Shown here piece after piece: positions 10,679 to 20,936 of a DNA stretch of 64,000 nt. The stretch is from Alphaproteobacteria bacterium (GTDB lineage Bacteria > Pseudomonadota > Alphaproteobacteria > Rhodobacterales > Rhodobacteraceae): positions 21,362 to 85,361 of the forward strand of contig JAUHVK010000010.1 in the NCBI GenBank assembly GCA_030425145.1, given 5' to 3'. The notes under the pieces are model-generated. The model was not told the origin of the DNA. It saw only the letters and a list, made by a program, of their open reading frames with translations, and did no database searches. The first letter of the stretch is position 1, and each line of letters opens with the position of its first letter. The translations under genes and the position numbers were made by a program.

Positions 10679-10957
10679 ATGTCCGCCACAGCGAAGCGCG
10701 TTTTGAAGATCGTAAACGAGAAGGGTTTGCACGCTCGGGCGTCGGCAAAATTGGTCGAGGTTGTCGAAGGGTTTGATGCCTCAGCAGAGGTGCGCAAGGA
10801 CGGCATGAGCGCGTCGGGTGACAGCATCATGGGCCTTTTGATGTTGGCAGCTTCTAAAGGAACCTCTATTGAGGTACTCACGTCCGGGCCCGACGCCGAG
10901 GCCCTGGCCACCGCAATCGAAACCTTGGTGGCTGATCGTTTTGGAGAGGGCCGCTGA
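10679..10957 (+). CDS. ptsH: HPr-family phosphocarrier protein
   Basis: It is 92 aa and carries the active-site His motif KGLHARASAKL. Confidence 0.85.
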   Translation: MSATAKRVLKIVNEKGLHARASAKLVEVVEGFDASAEVRKDGMSASGDSIMGLLMLAASKGTSIEVLTSGPDAEALATAIETLVADRFGEGR

Positions 10958-11003
10958 CCGTACAGGTCGGTCGGCATCACTGATAACAGGACTGCACGCG
11001 TCA

Positions 11004-11885
11004 ATGGTAGAAAGCTATCAGCATAGTCCGACCGATGCGCGCCCGGCGGATCAGGCCGAAGTTCCCTATGACAAGCGCAAGCTGAGCTACGCCAACACAT
11101 TCACAAACCCGTGGAAAGCAAACACCATCCGAGCGATGGAGTGGATGACGGGAAAGATCCCGTTGCTGCGTCTGGTGCGTCGGTTTGAACGGATGGGTCC
11201 TGCGGAGGGTCAAGCGTTCTGGGGGCAGGCTCTGGAGCTGATGAAAATCCGTCTGGAGACCCCACCAGAACAGATTGCGCGCATCCCGAAAGAGGGGCCG
11301 GTGATCGTGGTGGCCAACCATCCGCATGGATTGGTCGACGGTATGATCCTCGCCGAGCTGATCGGGCGGGTGCGTACGGACTACAAGATCCTCACGCGGT
11401 CGCTTTTGACAGGTGTCACTGAGATTGAAGAGTTCATGATCCCGGTGCCGTTTCCCCATGAGGAAGATGCCCGCGAGCAGAGCCTCGAGATGCGCAGCCG
11501 CGCGATGGCACATCTCAAGCAGGGCGGCGTGATCGCGCTATTCCCGTCGGGCGTGGTGGCATCCAGTGACAGTTTCTTTGGGCCGGCCATCGAACGGACT
11601 TGGAACCCGTTTACGGCAAACCTGATCCAGCGATCTGGTGCGACCGTGGTGCCGATTTTCTTTCCCGGGCAGAACTCGCGCGCTTATCAGATGGCGACCC
11701 AGGTCTCGGCCACGTTGCGGCAGGGTTTGTTGATCCACGAGGTCATTCATGCCTGTGGCAAACCACAGGCCCCGGTCGTCGGTGAGCCAATCGCAGCCGA
11801 GTCGATCAAGAATTTCGCTGGCCGCGGCCGCGATTTCGTCGCGTCTTTGCGCGAAACGACGATGGGGCTTGGCGGAACGCGTTAA
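11004..11885 (+). CDS. Lysophospholipid (PlsC-type) acyltransferase family protein
   Basis: The H(X)4D motif NHPHGLVDG is present. The start was trimmed to MVESYQH at 11004. Confidence 0.7.
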   Translation: MVESYQHSPTDARPADQAEVPYDKRKLSYANTFTNPWKANTIRAMEWMTGKIPLLRLVRRFERMGPAEGQAFWGQALELMKIRLETPPEQIARIPKEGPVIVVANHPHGLVDGMILAELIGRVRTDYKILTRSLLTGVTEIEEFMIPVPFPHEEDAREQSLEMRSRAMAHLKQGGVIALFPSGVVASSDSFFGPAIERTWNPFTANLIQRSGATVVPIFFPGQNSRAYQMATQVSATLRQGLLIHEVIHACGKPQAPVVGEPIAAESIKNFAGRGRDFVASLRETTMGLGGTR

Positions 11886-12757
11886 CGCGTCGGGACTGGG
11901 GTTTCCCCGCGATAATCGTAAAAACCACGTTGTGTCTTTCGACCCAGCCAACCGGCCTCGACATACTTGGTCAAAAGCGGGCAGGGCCGGTATTTGGTGT
12001 CTGCCAGCCCGTCATGAAGTACGTTCATGATCGCAAGGCACGTGTCGAGACCAATGAAGTCAGCCAGTTCAAGTGGGCCCATCGGGTGGTTCGCGCCCAG
12101 TTTCATAGACTGGTCGATGGAGTTCACGTTCCCCACACCTTCGTAGAGCGTGTACACCGCTTCGTTGATCATCGGCATCAGGATACGGTTGACGATAAAG
12201 GCCGGAAAATCCTCGGCAGAGGCGGCAGTTTTTCCCAGTTTTTCAACCACGCCCAGACACGTGTCGTAGGTCTCTTTGTCGGTCGCGATACCTCGAATCA
12301 ATTCGACCAGCTGCATCACGGGCACGGGATTCATAAAGTGGAACCCCATGAACTTTTCTGGACGATCCGTTCGGCTGGCCAAACGGGTGATCGAGATTGA
12401 CGAGGTGTTCGAGGTCAGGATCGTATGGTCTGCAAGATGCGGCAGCAAGCTGTCGAAGATCTTCTGCTTGATCGCTTCCTGCTCTGTCGCAGCTTCGATG
12501 ATCAGATCGGTACGGGCAACTTCGGGAAGTTCCTGCGTGGTCACGATCCGCGACATCGCCTGATCCCGCTCGGCCTGCGTGATCTTTTCGCGGCTCACTT
12601 GGCGGTCCATGTTGCGTTCAATCAGTTCGATGGCGCGTTTCAGTGCATCTTCGCTGATGTCATTGAGAACAACATCATATCCGGCCAGCGCCATGACATG
12701 TGCAATCCCGTTGCCCATCTGGCCCGCACCGACCACGCCGATTGATGTCACCGTCAT
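11882..12757 (-). CDS. hbd: 3-hydroxybutyryl-CoA / 3-hydroxyacyl-CoA dehydrogenase (NAD-dependent)
   Basis: It has the Rossmann motif VVGAGQMGNGIA and is about 291 aa from MTVTSIG. Confidence 0.85.
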   Translation of the reverse strand: MTVTSIGVVGAGQMGNGIAHVMALAGYDVVLNDISEDALKRAIELIERNMDRQVSREKITQAERDQAMSRIVTTQELPEVARTDLIIEAATEQEAIKQKIFDSLLPHLADHTILTSNTSSISITRLASRTDRPEKFMGFHFMNPVPVMQLVELIRGIATDKETYDTCLGVVEKLGKTAASAEDFPAFIVNRILMPMINEAVYTLYEGVGNVNSIDQSMKLGANHPMGPLELADFIGLDTCLAIMNVLHDGLADTKYRPCPLLTKYVEAGWLGRKTQRGFYDYRGETPVPTR

Positions 12758-12906
12758 GCACTTGCTCCGTTCGTTTCGCCGTAACAATGACTTGTGGAGA
12801 AGTGGGCTGCAAGGCGGATCACGGGCGATGTCTCGATTTTTAGCCTTAGCAATTTGAGAACCGAATCGCGCCAGTCTCAGGACCGGGTGAAGAAAAGGGT
12901 GTGAGC

Positions 12907-13725
12907 ATGGATGTATCCTCTGTGCACGATCAGGCCATTGATTATGCGCCTTGTCGCTATGGCGGATCGCGATTGTGGTTTCGAGGGCCGCGGCGGTCGG
13001 TTCGGTCGTCCTATGTGGCGTGTCTTGGTGGCTGCGGTGTTTATGGGCGTTATGTAAGTCGTCCCTGGCCTCAAAAGCTCGAGGCGCTAACAGGTCGTGC
13101 GGTCGTCAATCTTGGTGTCGAGAATGCGGGGATCGACGCCTATCTCAATGATCCGGGCGCTTTGGCAACTGCCGCCAGTGCCAACGTGGTGGTGATCCAG
13201 TTGACGGGCGTGCACAACACCTCGAACCGGTATTATTCAACTCATCCCCGCCGCAATGACCGTTTTCTGCGCGCGGCACCCGCGCTGATATCGCTTTATC
13301 CCGAGATGGATTTCACCGAGGTCCATTTCACGCGTCACCTTTTGAAGCGGTTGCAATTGCTCTGCCGGGATCGGTTCAGTTTGGTTGCGAAAGAAGTTCA
13401 AACAGCGTGGCAGGCGCGGATGCGTACGCTCGTGTCTCAGATGAACGGTGACGTTTTTCTACTCTGGTTCGCGTCTAAAGCGTTTACTGATGGCGGCGAA
13501 GATGCCGATGCTGAAGAGCCGTTTCTGACCCGTGGTTTGGTCAGCCCTTTGATCCCGCTGGTCCGGCAAAAGATTGAAGTGGTGCCATCCATATGGCGGG
13601 GCACGGACGAAATAATGGAAGTGCCACCACTCGAGCAGCATCGTGCGGCCCATCTGCCCGGAGCGGAGGCCCACCACGAGGTGTCAGAAGCAGTTGCGCG
13701 GGCGATTGTTCCTGTCCTGCAATAA
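12907..13725 (+). CDS. Hypothetical protein (about 272 aa), no domain recognised
   Basis: This is a long ORF in an otherwise empty interval. I chose the ATG at 12907, which has AAGGG upstream. I see no motif I can name. Confidence 0.55.
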   Translation: MDVSSVHDQAIDYAPCRYGGSRLWFRGPRRSVRSSYVACLGGCGVYGRYVSRPWPQKLEALTGRAVVNLGVENAGIDAYLNDPGALATAASANVVVIQLTGVHNTSNRYYSTHPRRNDRFLRAAPALISLYPEMDFTEVHFTRHLLKRLQLLCRDRFSLVAKEVQTAWQARMRTLVSQMNGDVFLLWFASKAFTDGGEDADAEEPFLTRGLVSPLIPLVRQKIEVVPSIWRGTDEIMEVPPLEQHRAAHLPGAEAHHEVSEAVARAIVPVLQ

Positions 13726-13753
13726 AAAATGGCGCGCCGACCGGCGCGCCATT
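13724..13753 (-). terminator. Rho-independent terminator after etfA (hairpin shared with the convergent hypothetical gene)
   Basis: The stem is AATGGCGCGCC / GGCGCGCCATT (13728-13753) with loop GACC. A T-run follows on the minus strand only. Confidence 0.6.
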
Positions 13754-13774
13754 CAAAAGCTGTGCAAGCGGTGA

Positions 13775-14704
13775 TTAACCGAGCTTTTCCGTCAGTTCTG
13801 GCACTGCGTCAAAGAGGTCTGCAACAAGGCCGTAGTCGGCGACTTGGAAGATCGGAGCTTCTTCGTCCTTGTTGATGGCCACGATGATCTTGCTGTCCTT
13901 CATGCCGGCAAGGTGCTGAATCGCGCCCGAGATGCCCACGGCGATGTAGAGGTCCGGCGCCACGACCTTGCCGGTCTGGCCAACCTGCCAGTCGTTCGGA
14001 GCAAAGCCCGAGTCGACGGCTGCACGGGATGCACCCACGGCTGCGCCCAGTTTATCTGCGAGTTTTTCGATCATGGCGAAGTCGCTTTCCGAACCAACGC
14101 CACGGCCGCCCGAGACTACGATACCGGCCGATGTCAGTTCGGGACGATCGCTTGCTGCAACCTTGTCTTCGATCCATTCGGACAAGCCCGGGTTGTCGCC
14201 CGCCGCAATTGCTTCAACAGCGGCAGAGCCACCAGTTGCGGCTGCGTCGAATGTCGATGTCCGGAACGAGATCACCTTGGTCGCGTCTTTGGATTTGACG
14301 GTCTGGATCGCGTTGCCCGCGTAGATCGGGCGCTCGAACGTGTCGGCATCAACCACGGCGGTCACGTCGGTGATCACCATGACATCAAGAAGTGCTGCAA
14401 CACGGGGCAGGATGTTCTTTGCGTCGGTTGTCGCAGGTGCCACGATGTGGCTGTAGTTGCCCGCCAGCGATGCAATCAGCGCGGAGACCGGTTCGGCCAG
14501 ACGGTGGCCATAGAGGGCGTCTTCCGCCACCAGAACTTTGGACACCCCGTCGATGGTCGCGGCTTCGTCTGCGGCTGCCTTGGCTGTTGCGCCAGCGGCC
14601 AGAACGGTGACGTCACCCAGTGCCTTTGCTGCGCTCACAGCTTTGGACGTGGCGTCCATCGCCAGCGCGCCATCGGTGATTTCGGCAATCAGAAGAACGG
14701 CCAT
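13775..14704 (-). CDS. etfA: Electron transfer flavoprotein subunit alpha
   Basis: It has the C-terminal FAD-binding signature [34 protein letters not shown]. Length is 309 aa. Confidence 0.93.
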   Translation of the reverse strand: MAVLLIAEITDGALAMDATSKAVSAAKALGDVTVLAAGATAKAAADEAATIDGVSKVLVAEDALYGHRLAEPVSALIASLAGNYSHIVAPATTDAKNILPRVAALLDVMVITDVTAVVDADTFERPIYAGNAIQTVKSKDATKVISFRTSTFDAAATGGSAAVEAIAAGDNPGLSEWIEDKVAASDRPELTSAGIVVSGGRGVGSESDFAMIEKLADKLGAAVGASRAAVDSGFAPNDWQVGQTGKVVAPDLYIAVGISGAIQHLAGMKDSKIIVAINKDEEAPIFQVADYGLVADLFDAVPELTEKLG

Positions 14705-15462
14705 TACACAGCTCCCACTTCTTTGAGTTTCGCAACCAGTTCGTCGACCGAACCCACCTTGATACCTGCGGCCCGCTCTTCCGGCTCTGAGGTTTTCACG
14801 ATCTCAAGGCGCGGTGAAACATCGACGCCGTAGTCAGCAGCTGTCTTTTCATCCAGCGGCTTTTTCTTCGCTTTCATGATGTTCGGCAGCGACGCATAGC
14901 GCGGCTCATTCAAGCGCAGGTCGGTCGAGATGATCGCCGGCATTTTGACCTTGATGGTCTGCAGGCCGCCGTCCACTTCGCGGGTCACGACAGCACTGTC
15001 GCCGTCAATATCCACGTTGTTGGCATACATGGCCTGGCTCCAACCCAGCAGGGCGGAAAGCATCTGGCCAGTGGCGTTCATGTCGTTGTCGATGGCCTGC
15101 TTACCGCAGAGCACCAGACCCGGCTCTTCTTCCTTGACGATCGCCGCAAGGATTTTCGCGACCGCAAGCGGCTCGATGTCGGTGTGTACATCGTCAGCCG
15201 CGACAACGAGGATCGCGCGATCGGCACCCATAGCAAGCGCGGTGCGGAGGGTTTCCTGGCTCTGCTTGACACCAATGCTGACAGCCACGATTTCGTCGGC
15301 CTTGCCTGCCTCTTTGAGACGAATGGCCTCTTCCACGGCGATCTCGTCAAAGGGGTTCATCGACATTTTGACATTGGCGAGATCGACACCGGAACCATCC
15401 GCTTTGACGCGAACCTTCACGTTGTAGTCAATCACGCGTTTGACAGGTACCAAGACCTTCAT
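14704..15462 (-). CDS. etfB: Electron transfer flavoprotein subunit beta
   Basis: The N-terminus is [20 protein letters not shown]. It is 252 aa and overlaps etfA by 1 nt (TAATG). Confidence 0.93.
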   Translation of the reverse strand: MKVLVPVKRVIDYNVKVRVKADGSGVDLANVKMSMNPFDEIAVEEAIRLKEAGKADEIVAVSIGVKQSQETLRTALAMGADRAILVVAADDVHTDIEPLAVAKILAAIVKEEEPGLVLCGKQAIDNDMNATGQMLSALLGWSQAMYANNVDIDGDSAVVTREVDGGLQTIKVKMPAIISTDLRLNEPRYASLPNIMKAKKKPLDEKTAADYGVDVSPRLEIVKTSEPEERAAGIKVGSVDELVAKLKEVGAV

Positions 15463-15629
15463 GGGCGCGTTCCTCTCGTTGGGATCTCAGGGAGATCCGC
15501 GATTCTGACGTTTCGTTCCGGGAAGGGATAGCGAACCCTGAACAGGGGAAACAGGGCAAAATCGTCACGTTAGCGCCATCGGACGTCGCGTTTTTCAACA
15601 AATCGCCCGCGCAATGCTGTGATGCGGCA

Positions 15630-16751
15630 TTAATCGCAGATATTTTGCAGTGCGCGCCATTCCTGGGCGGAGAGCAATGGGACGGTTTCGAAGCCATCAG
15701 GCGTGACCTCTCGCGCCGCCTTAATACGGTCTCCAAGCGAGGGATGGCTGAGGAAATGCGCCACAAAGGGCCTAGCCTCTCCACCAAGTGCGCGGAAACG
15801 TTCAAACATTGTCGCCAGTGCCGAAGGCGCAATCCCTGCTTCGAGCAGAACGGCATGGGCGAAAACATCGGCGTCCGCCTCGGCCTCTTGGCTGTATTGC
15901 GCCTCAATCAGACGTTCCGCCAAGAGAAGAACGGCAGCACCGCCTGCGAAATCACCGAAGAGCAAGCCCAGTACCCCAAGTGATCCGGCCGAACGCAAGG
16001 CGTGACGGGTGGGATCGCGGCTGACCACATGTCCGATCTCATGCGCAAAGACAGCAGCCATTTCTTCGGGTGTCTGCGCCTTTTCGATGAGGCCGCGGAA
16101 GAACACGATGTAGTTTCCGGGGAGGGCAAATGCGTTGATCATCTCGTGATCCAGAACGGATACGGTCAGGGTTTGCGCTTCGGGTAGGGCGTTTTGCAGC
16201 CGCGTTTCCATCTTCGCCAAAGCCGCAAGTCCGTCTGGTTTATCGCACACTGGAATTGGGTTCAGACCTGTCTGATCCAGCGCCGTCCGGATCTGGTCCA
16301 GCGTGACCTCTCCCAGTGCGCGCTCGCCCTCGGGGGGGATAAAGCGGGCCAACTGGTTCGCCATTGTCGGCACCAGAACAAAAATTATCAACGCGACCGA
16401 GGCGATTGCCGCGATCGCCCAGCCGATCAAGGGGCCGCGTTTGGTCACTTTGGGCCGTTTGGTGCGATTGGGCAGGCGCGGGGTGAGCCCCCTATCGGTT
16501 AGAATGATGCGCTGTACCGGGTCATCCGACAGTTGCAGCACCATCTGATCGCGCCCGGCTTGATCCGGCACTTCACGGATGTCTGCCAGAGGCCAGTGGA
16601 TTTCCGCGCCTGTCTCGGCAAGTCCGACAAGGGACTTGGTGTCCTCGTCCACTGTCACTGTAACTGAGGACGGTGCAGACCGTGTTCCATCGAAATACGA
16701 GCCAATTGCTGAAAAGGTCTCTGGCACTGGGCCTACGTGTAGAACGGTCAT
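15630..16751 (-). CDS. M48-family zinc metallopeptidase with N-terminal cytoplasmic domain and one TM segment
   Basis: The HExxH motif is present (FAHEIGHVVSRD). A TM helix GWAIAAIASVALIIFVLV is present. It overlaps the upstream DUF898 gene by ATGA. Confidence 0.8.
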   Translation of the reverse strand: MTVLHVGPVPETFSAIGSYFDGTRSAPSSVTVTVDEDTKSLVGLAETGAEIHWPLADIREVPDQAGRDQMVLQLSDDPVQRIILTDRGLTPRLPNRTKRPKVTKRGPLIGWAIAAIASVALIIFVLVPTMANQLARFIPPEGERALGEVTLDQIRTALDQTGLNPIPVCDKPDGLAALAKMETRLQNALPEAQTLTVSVLDHEMINAFALPGNYIVFFRGLIEKAQTPEEMAAVFAHEIGHVVSRDPTRHALRSAGSLGVLGLLFGDFAGGAAVLLLAERLIEAQYSQEAEADADVFAHAVLLEAGIAPSALATMFERFRALGGEARPFVAHFLSHPSLGDRIKAAREVTPDGFETVPLLSAQEWRALQNICD

Positions 16752-18088
16752 AGCGATGCCCCCACGTCCAGTGCATCGGCAAAACCCTCCGCCTCGGCAA
16801 ACTCATCCCGAGGGCGCTGACGAATGTCTGCGACCGCTGTTTCCGGCGATAGGGTGAGCGATGAGAAATAGTGTCGTATGACCGGAAGGGTGATGAACAC
16901 GTTTGTCAGCGCCGACCAGAGAAGGAAGATGGTGAAGTAGATCATCACGCTCAACCCGATAATGGCGTAGCGCCCCATGCCCGCAATCGGCGCGATCATG
17001 TCTTCCATACCCATTTCGGTCAGTACGTCTCCGGACTGGACCAGAAGCAGCAACATGCCAAGAATGACCAAGGGGATGAACACGGCGGCAGAGGCCAGAA
17101 AACCACCGACGACGTAGATCATCAGGACGCGGAATGCGCTCGGCGACAGGGTGAACGCGACGCCGTTGACGGTCTTGGTTTCTGTCAATCTGCGCATGCT
17201 GTCGACACGGTAATAAACGAGGCCATAGAACCCGACAAAACCAGCGAGAACGCACAGCCCAATTCCCACCGGGATGTTCTCGAACAGGAACGCTGCACCC
17301 CCGGCCAGCGCAATGGCAAGTGCCAGAAACATCGGCTTCATCGAGGGGTAGAGCATTTTCCACGTCCCGCCCTGAGACATGCGAGCGGTCCCGAAAAAGG
17401 TTCGGTCGGTTTTGTATTTTTCAAGCCAGAAGGTCATGCGGGGAAGCAACAGACCCAGGCTGAGGATGGTCACGGTCCAGTGTAAAACGGCGCGCCAAGC
17501 GTAGCCCCAAGCGCCTGGTTCCAACCCGAACCGCAGGCCGCGCCACCGGGTACGAGCAAGGATGTAACGACGTGCCCGGTATTGGGCAAAGAACCAAAGC
17601 GGGATCACACCGACGACGCTGGTGGCATAAGCTGCGAAATTGCCCTGAAACAGCGAGAAGCTGGCGAACATCAGGATCAGGTTCACGATACCGATGTAAA
17701 AGGCCAGAACGACCACGGCAAAAAGAAAGCCCAATAGCTTTTCCACCGGATCGCCCACGTATTCGAGGGGATGCCCGCCTGGCCGGATGGAGGACCAATA
17801 CCAGCGGCGCAGGCGTGTTCGCATCCAGAACCGGTAGAAGCCCAGTGTGAGCACAGTCAGGACGCCCGTTTTGAGAGCGAGCCAGAAAAGCGTGCCGCGC
17901 GTACCGACAATCTCGGTCCGAAGGGTGTTTTCGTCAGGTGAAGGTGTTGTCTCTGGGGAAACCGCGCGGGGCCATACGTCCTGATCCGGCGCGCTTTCCG
18001 GTCCATTCGGCGAGTTCAGTTTCGGTTCTGGTGCGTCCTGCCGGGTCGCGCCAGGAGAGGCCTTCTCCCAAGGTGAAGGTGGTTGCAT
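16748..18088 (-). CDS. DUF898 (YjgN-like) polytopic membrane protein; start codon unresolved
   Basis: The multi-TM protein has the YjgN-type segment [17 protein letters not shown]. The only canonical start (ATG at 18088) overlaps the parC 3' end by about 155 nt (see findings). Confidence 0.6.
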   Translation of the reverse strand: MQPPSPWEKASPGATRQDAPEPKLNSPNGPESAPDQDVWPRAVSPETTPSPDENTLRTEIVGTRGTLFWLALKTGVLTVLTLGFYRFWMRTRLRRWYWSSIRPGGHPLEYVGDPVEKLLGFLFAVVVLAFYIGIVNLILMFASFSLFQGNFAAYATSVVGVIPLWFFAQYRARRYILARTRWRGLRFGLEPGAWGYAWRAVLHWTVTILSLGLLLPRMTFWLEKYKTDRTFFGTARMSQGGTWKMLYPSMKPMFLALAIALAGGAAFLFENIPVGIGLCVLAGFVGFYGLVYYRVDSMRRLTETKTVNGVAFTLSPSAFRVLMIYVVGGFLASAAVFIPLVILGMLLLLVQSGDVLTEMGMEDMIAPIAGMGRYAIIGLSVMIYFTIFLLWSALTNVFITLPVIRHYFSSLTLSPETAVADIRQRPRDEFAEAEGFADALDVGASL

Positions 18089-20267
18089 CCGACAGGCCCC
18101 CGTCCTTGTACTTTTGCAGCCGCACGCCTTTCCCGCGTCCCATCTCAGGTAGTTCGTCCAGAGCAAAAACCAGAACCTTGCGGTTTTCGCCCACCACTGC
18201 GACGGCATCGCCAGTCACAGGTTTGCACACTTTTGCGCGCACGTCGCCCTTCACATTCAGTACCTGTTTCCCGGCACGGGTCTGCGCGACCACGTCGGTT
18301 TCCGGTACGACAAAGCCGTCGCCCGCGCTGGAGGCGACGAGAAGTTTGCGATCAGGATGGTGGATGAACAGATCGATAATGGCGGCCTCGTTCGGAAGGT
18401 CCACCATAAGCCGCAATGGCTCACCCATGCCGCGACCACCGGGAAGGTTGGCGGCAGGTACGGTGTAGAAGCGACCGTTCGATCCGAAGACCAGCAGTTT
18501 GTCGGTCGTTTCGGCGTGGAAAATGAAGCGCGGGCCGTCGCCGTCCTTGAACTTCAATTCGCGGTTCAGGTCGATATGACCGGTCATCGCGCGGATCCAA
18601 CCCATTTCCGAGCAAACCACGGTGATCGGTTCCCGTTCAATCATCGCTTCGATGGGAACTTCCTCGACCTCGCCCGCTTCGGCAAAGGTGGTGCGCCGTT
18701 CACCGCCGACGTAATCCTTGCCAAAGGTCTTCTTGGTCTCGCGCAACTGGTTGGCAATCGCGTCCCATTGCAGGTCGCCGCTTTCCAGCAGGTCTTCCAA
18801 CCCGGCGCGCTCTTCCATCAGGCGGTCGCGTTCGGCCAACAGCTCCATTTCTTCGAGCTTGCGCAAGCTGCGCAGGCGCATGTTCAGGATTGCTTCGGTC
18901 TGAACTTCTGTCAGCCCCAATTCGTCGCCCGCTGACACTGCCGGCGGAGACACATAGTCGGCTTCGTTCAGCGCACGAGGATGGTCCTTGGCCCAATCCT
19001 CACGCATGAGGGCCGCTTTGGGATCGTCGTCATAGCGGATGATGTCGATCACACGGTCGAGGTTGAGGAAGGCGACGATCAAGCCTTCCAGCACTTCGAG
19101 CCGGTGGTCGATTTTGTCCATACGGTGTTGGCTGCGCCGGATCAGAACCTCGCGCCGGAAATCGAGGAAGGCACGCAGCACTTCCTTCATCGAGCAGACC
19201 TTGGGAGTCAGCCCGTCGATCAGCACGTTCATGTTCAGGCTGAACCGCGTTTCCAGATCGGAATTGCGGAACAGCATGTTCATCAGAACATCCGGATCCA
19301 CGTTTTTGGATCGCGGTTCGAGCACCATGCGAATGTCGTCTGCGGATTCGTCGCGAATGTCGGCGAGGATCGGGACCTTCTTGGTCTGGATCAACTCAGC
19401 CAGCCGCTCCACCAGTTTGGACTTCTGAACCTGGTAGGGAATCTCGGTGACGACAATTTGCCATTGCCCCCGACCCAGATCCTCAACCTCCCAGCGGCAG
19501 CGCAGTCGGATCGACCCGCGACCGGTGCGGTAGGCTTGGGCGATGGAGTCGCGGTCTTCAACAATCACACCGCCGGTCGGGAAATCCGGCCCCGGCACGT
19601 AATTGAGCAGCGTATCGTCCCGCGCATCCGGCACTTTGATGAGATGCAGACACGCATCAATCAATTCTGCGATGTTGTGCGGCGGAATGTTCGTCGCCAT
19701 GCCGACCGCAATACCCGACGACCCATTGGCCAGCAGGTTCGGGAACTGCGCCGGAAGGACAATCGGCTCTTCCAGGGTGCCGTCGTAGTTGGCGCGGTAA
19801 TCGACCGCGTTTTCGTTGAGCCCTTCAAGCAGGGCTTCGGCCACGATGGTCAATCGCGCTTCGGTATATCGCGCCGCAGCGGGGTTATCGCCGTCGATAT
19901 TGCCGAAATTGCCCTGACCATCGACAAGCGGATAGCGAACGTTGAAATCCTGCGCGAGGCGCGCCATCGCGTCATAGATCGCAGCATCGCCATGCGGGTG
20001 ATAGTTGCCCATCACGTCGCCACTGATCTTGGCGGATTTTCTGAAGCCCCCGGCGGAACTCAAGCGCAGTTCGCGCATTGCGTAAAGGATACGGCGATGC
20101 ACCGGTTTCAACCCGTCGCGTGCATCGGGCAAAGCCCGGTGCATAATCGTCGACAAGGCGTAGGTCAGGTATCGCTCTCCGATTGCTCGGCGCAGCGGTT
20201 CCGCAAAGTCGCGGGGGGTCATCTTGGGGTCATCGACATCATCAGCCATAGATGATGTGATACTCAC
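17934..20267 (-). CDS. parC: DNA topoisomerase IV subunit A
   Basis: The GyrA/ParC signature GNYHPHGD and the catalytic Tyr context AARYTEARL are present. At 777 aa it lacks the GyrA-box-length C-terminus. The start is GTG 20267 or ATG 20249. Confidence 0.88.
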   Translation of the reverse strand: MSITSSMADDVDDPKMTPRDFAEPLRRAIGERYLTYALSTIMHRALPDARDGLKPVHRRILYAMRELRLSSAGGFRKSAKISGDVMGNYHPHGDAAIYDAMARLAQDFNVRYPLVDGQGNFGNIDGDNPAAARYTEARLTIVAEALLEGLNENAVDYRANYDGTLEEPIVLPAQFPNLLANGSSGIAVGMATNIPPHNIAELIDACLHLIKVPDARDDTLLNYVPGPDFPTGGVIVEDRDSIAQAYRTGRGSIRLRCRWEVEDLGRGQWQIVVTEIPYQVQKSKLVERLAELIQTKKVPILADIRDESADDIRMVLEPRSKNVDPDVLMNMLFRNSDLETRFSLNMNVLIDGLTPKVCSMKEVLRAFLDFRREVLIRRSQHRMDKIDHRLEVLEGLIVAFLNLDRVIDIIRYDDDPKAALMREDWAKDHPRALNEADYVSPPAVSAGDELGLTEVQTEAILNMRLRSLRKLEEMELLAERDRLMEERAGLEDLLESGDLQWDAIANQLRETKKTFGKDYVGGERRTTFAEAGEVEEVPIEAMIEREPITVVCSEMGWIRAMTGHIDLNRELKFKDGDGPRFIFHAETTDKLLVFGSNGRFYTVPAANLPGGRGMGEPLRLMVDLPNEAAIIDLFIHHPDRKLLVASSAGDGFVVPETDVVAQTRAGKQVLNVKGDVRAKVCKPVTGDAVAVVGENRKVLVFALDELPEMGRGKGVRLQKYKDGGLSDATTFTLGEGLSWRDPAGRTRTETELAEWTGKRAGSGRMAPRGFPRDNTFT

Positions 20268-20386
20268 CCCCTCTGAGGCCGTAAAGCAATCGCGGGAATA
20301 TTTTTTGCTTTTCCCCTTCGGGCCGAAAGGGGAATCGCGGTAACTTTAGGTTGTGGGTAGCGGAAAAAGCCACCCAGGGGGACGTT

Positions 20387-20935
20387 ATGAACAAGTACAT
20401 ACTGATCGCATTTGCGGTCATGGCGATGGCATTTTACGAGTTGTCCGGCGGCGCAGATTTTGAACCTGGGAAGAATTCCATGGTCATCTTTGCTGAACCC
20501 AAACCTGTCGTGCCAGCATCCAAGCCAAGACCAGAAATCGTTGCACGTGCGGATACCGACACCACGATTGGTGGATTGACGGATATTGCTCCGGCACGTG
20601 CTGTGATTGAGCCCGTGGTGACCAATATCGCTCCTGCCGAGAAAACTGTTGCGCTTGAGGCTGAAACTCCGGTCGCAAAGATGGTAACGGAGAGTGCGCC
20701 TGTCACAGAGGCCGTGCCTGAACCTGAGCCCCAGCCAGACTTGCGGTTCGTTGATGGTGATCGCGTGAACCTGCGCGGAGGACCGGGAACGAGCTATGCT
20801 GTCGTGGGCAAGCTTTACCGCAATGATATGGTCGAAATTCTGGTTGACGAAGGCAATGGTTGGCTGCACCTGAGGGATACCGTGACTGGCGATGAAGGCT
20901 GGATCGCGGACTGGCTTGTGACGGCTTCCAACTGA
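20387..20935 (+). CDS. Membrane-anchored or secreted SH3b-domain protein
   Basis: The start is ATG 20387 with a GGGGGA Shine-Dalgarno sequence. It has a hydrophobic N-terminus, a Pro/Glu/Ala-rich linker and a C-terminal SH3b-like segment (VNLRGGPGTSYAVVGKLYRNDMVEIL). Confidence 0.65.
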   Translation: MNKYILIAFAVMAMAFYELSGGADFEPGKNSMVIFAEPKPVVPASKPRPEIVARADTDTTIGGLTDIAPARAVIEPVVTNIAPAEKTVALEAETPVAKMVTESAPVTEAVPEPEPQPDLRFVDGDRVNLRGGPGTSYAVVGKLYRNDMVEILVDEGNGWLHLRDTVTGDEGWIADWLVTASN

Positions 20936-20936
20936 C

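Noticed and set aside
11882-11885. Convergent genes share overlapping stop codons. TTAA is shared at 11882-11885, CTAG at 46896-46899, and the stops at 44071-44076 abut.
   Set aside because: Compact convergent ends are common in this genome style. Nothing suggests antisense regulation beyond the overlap itself.
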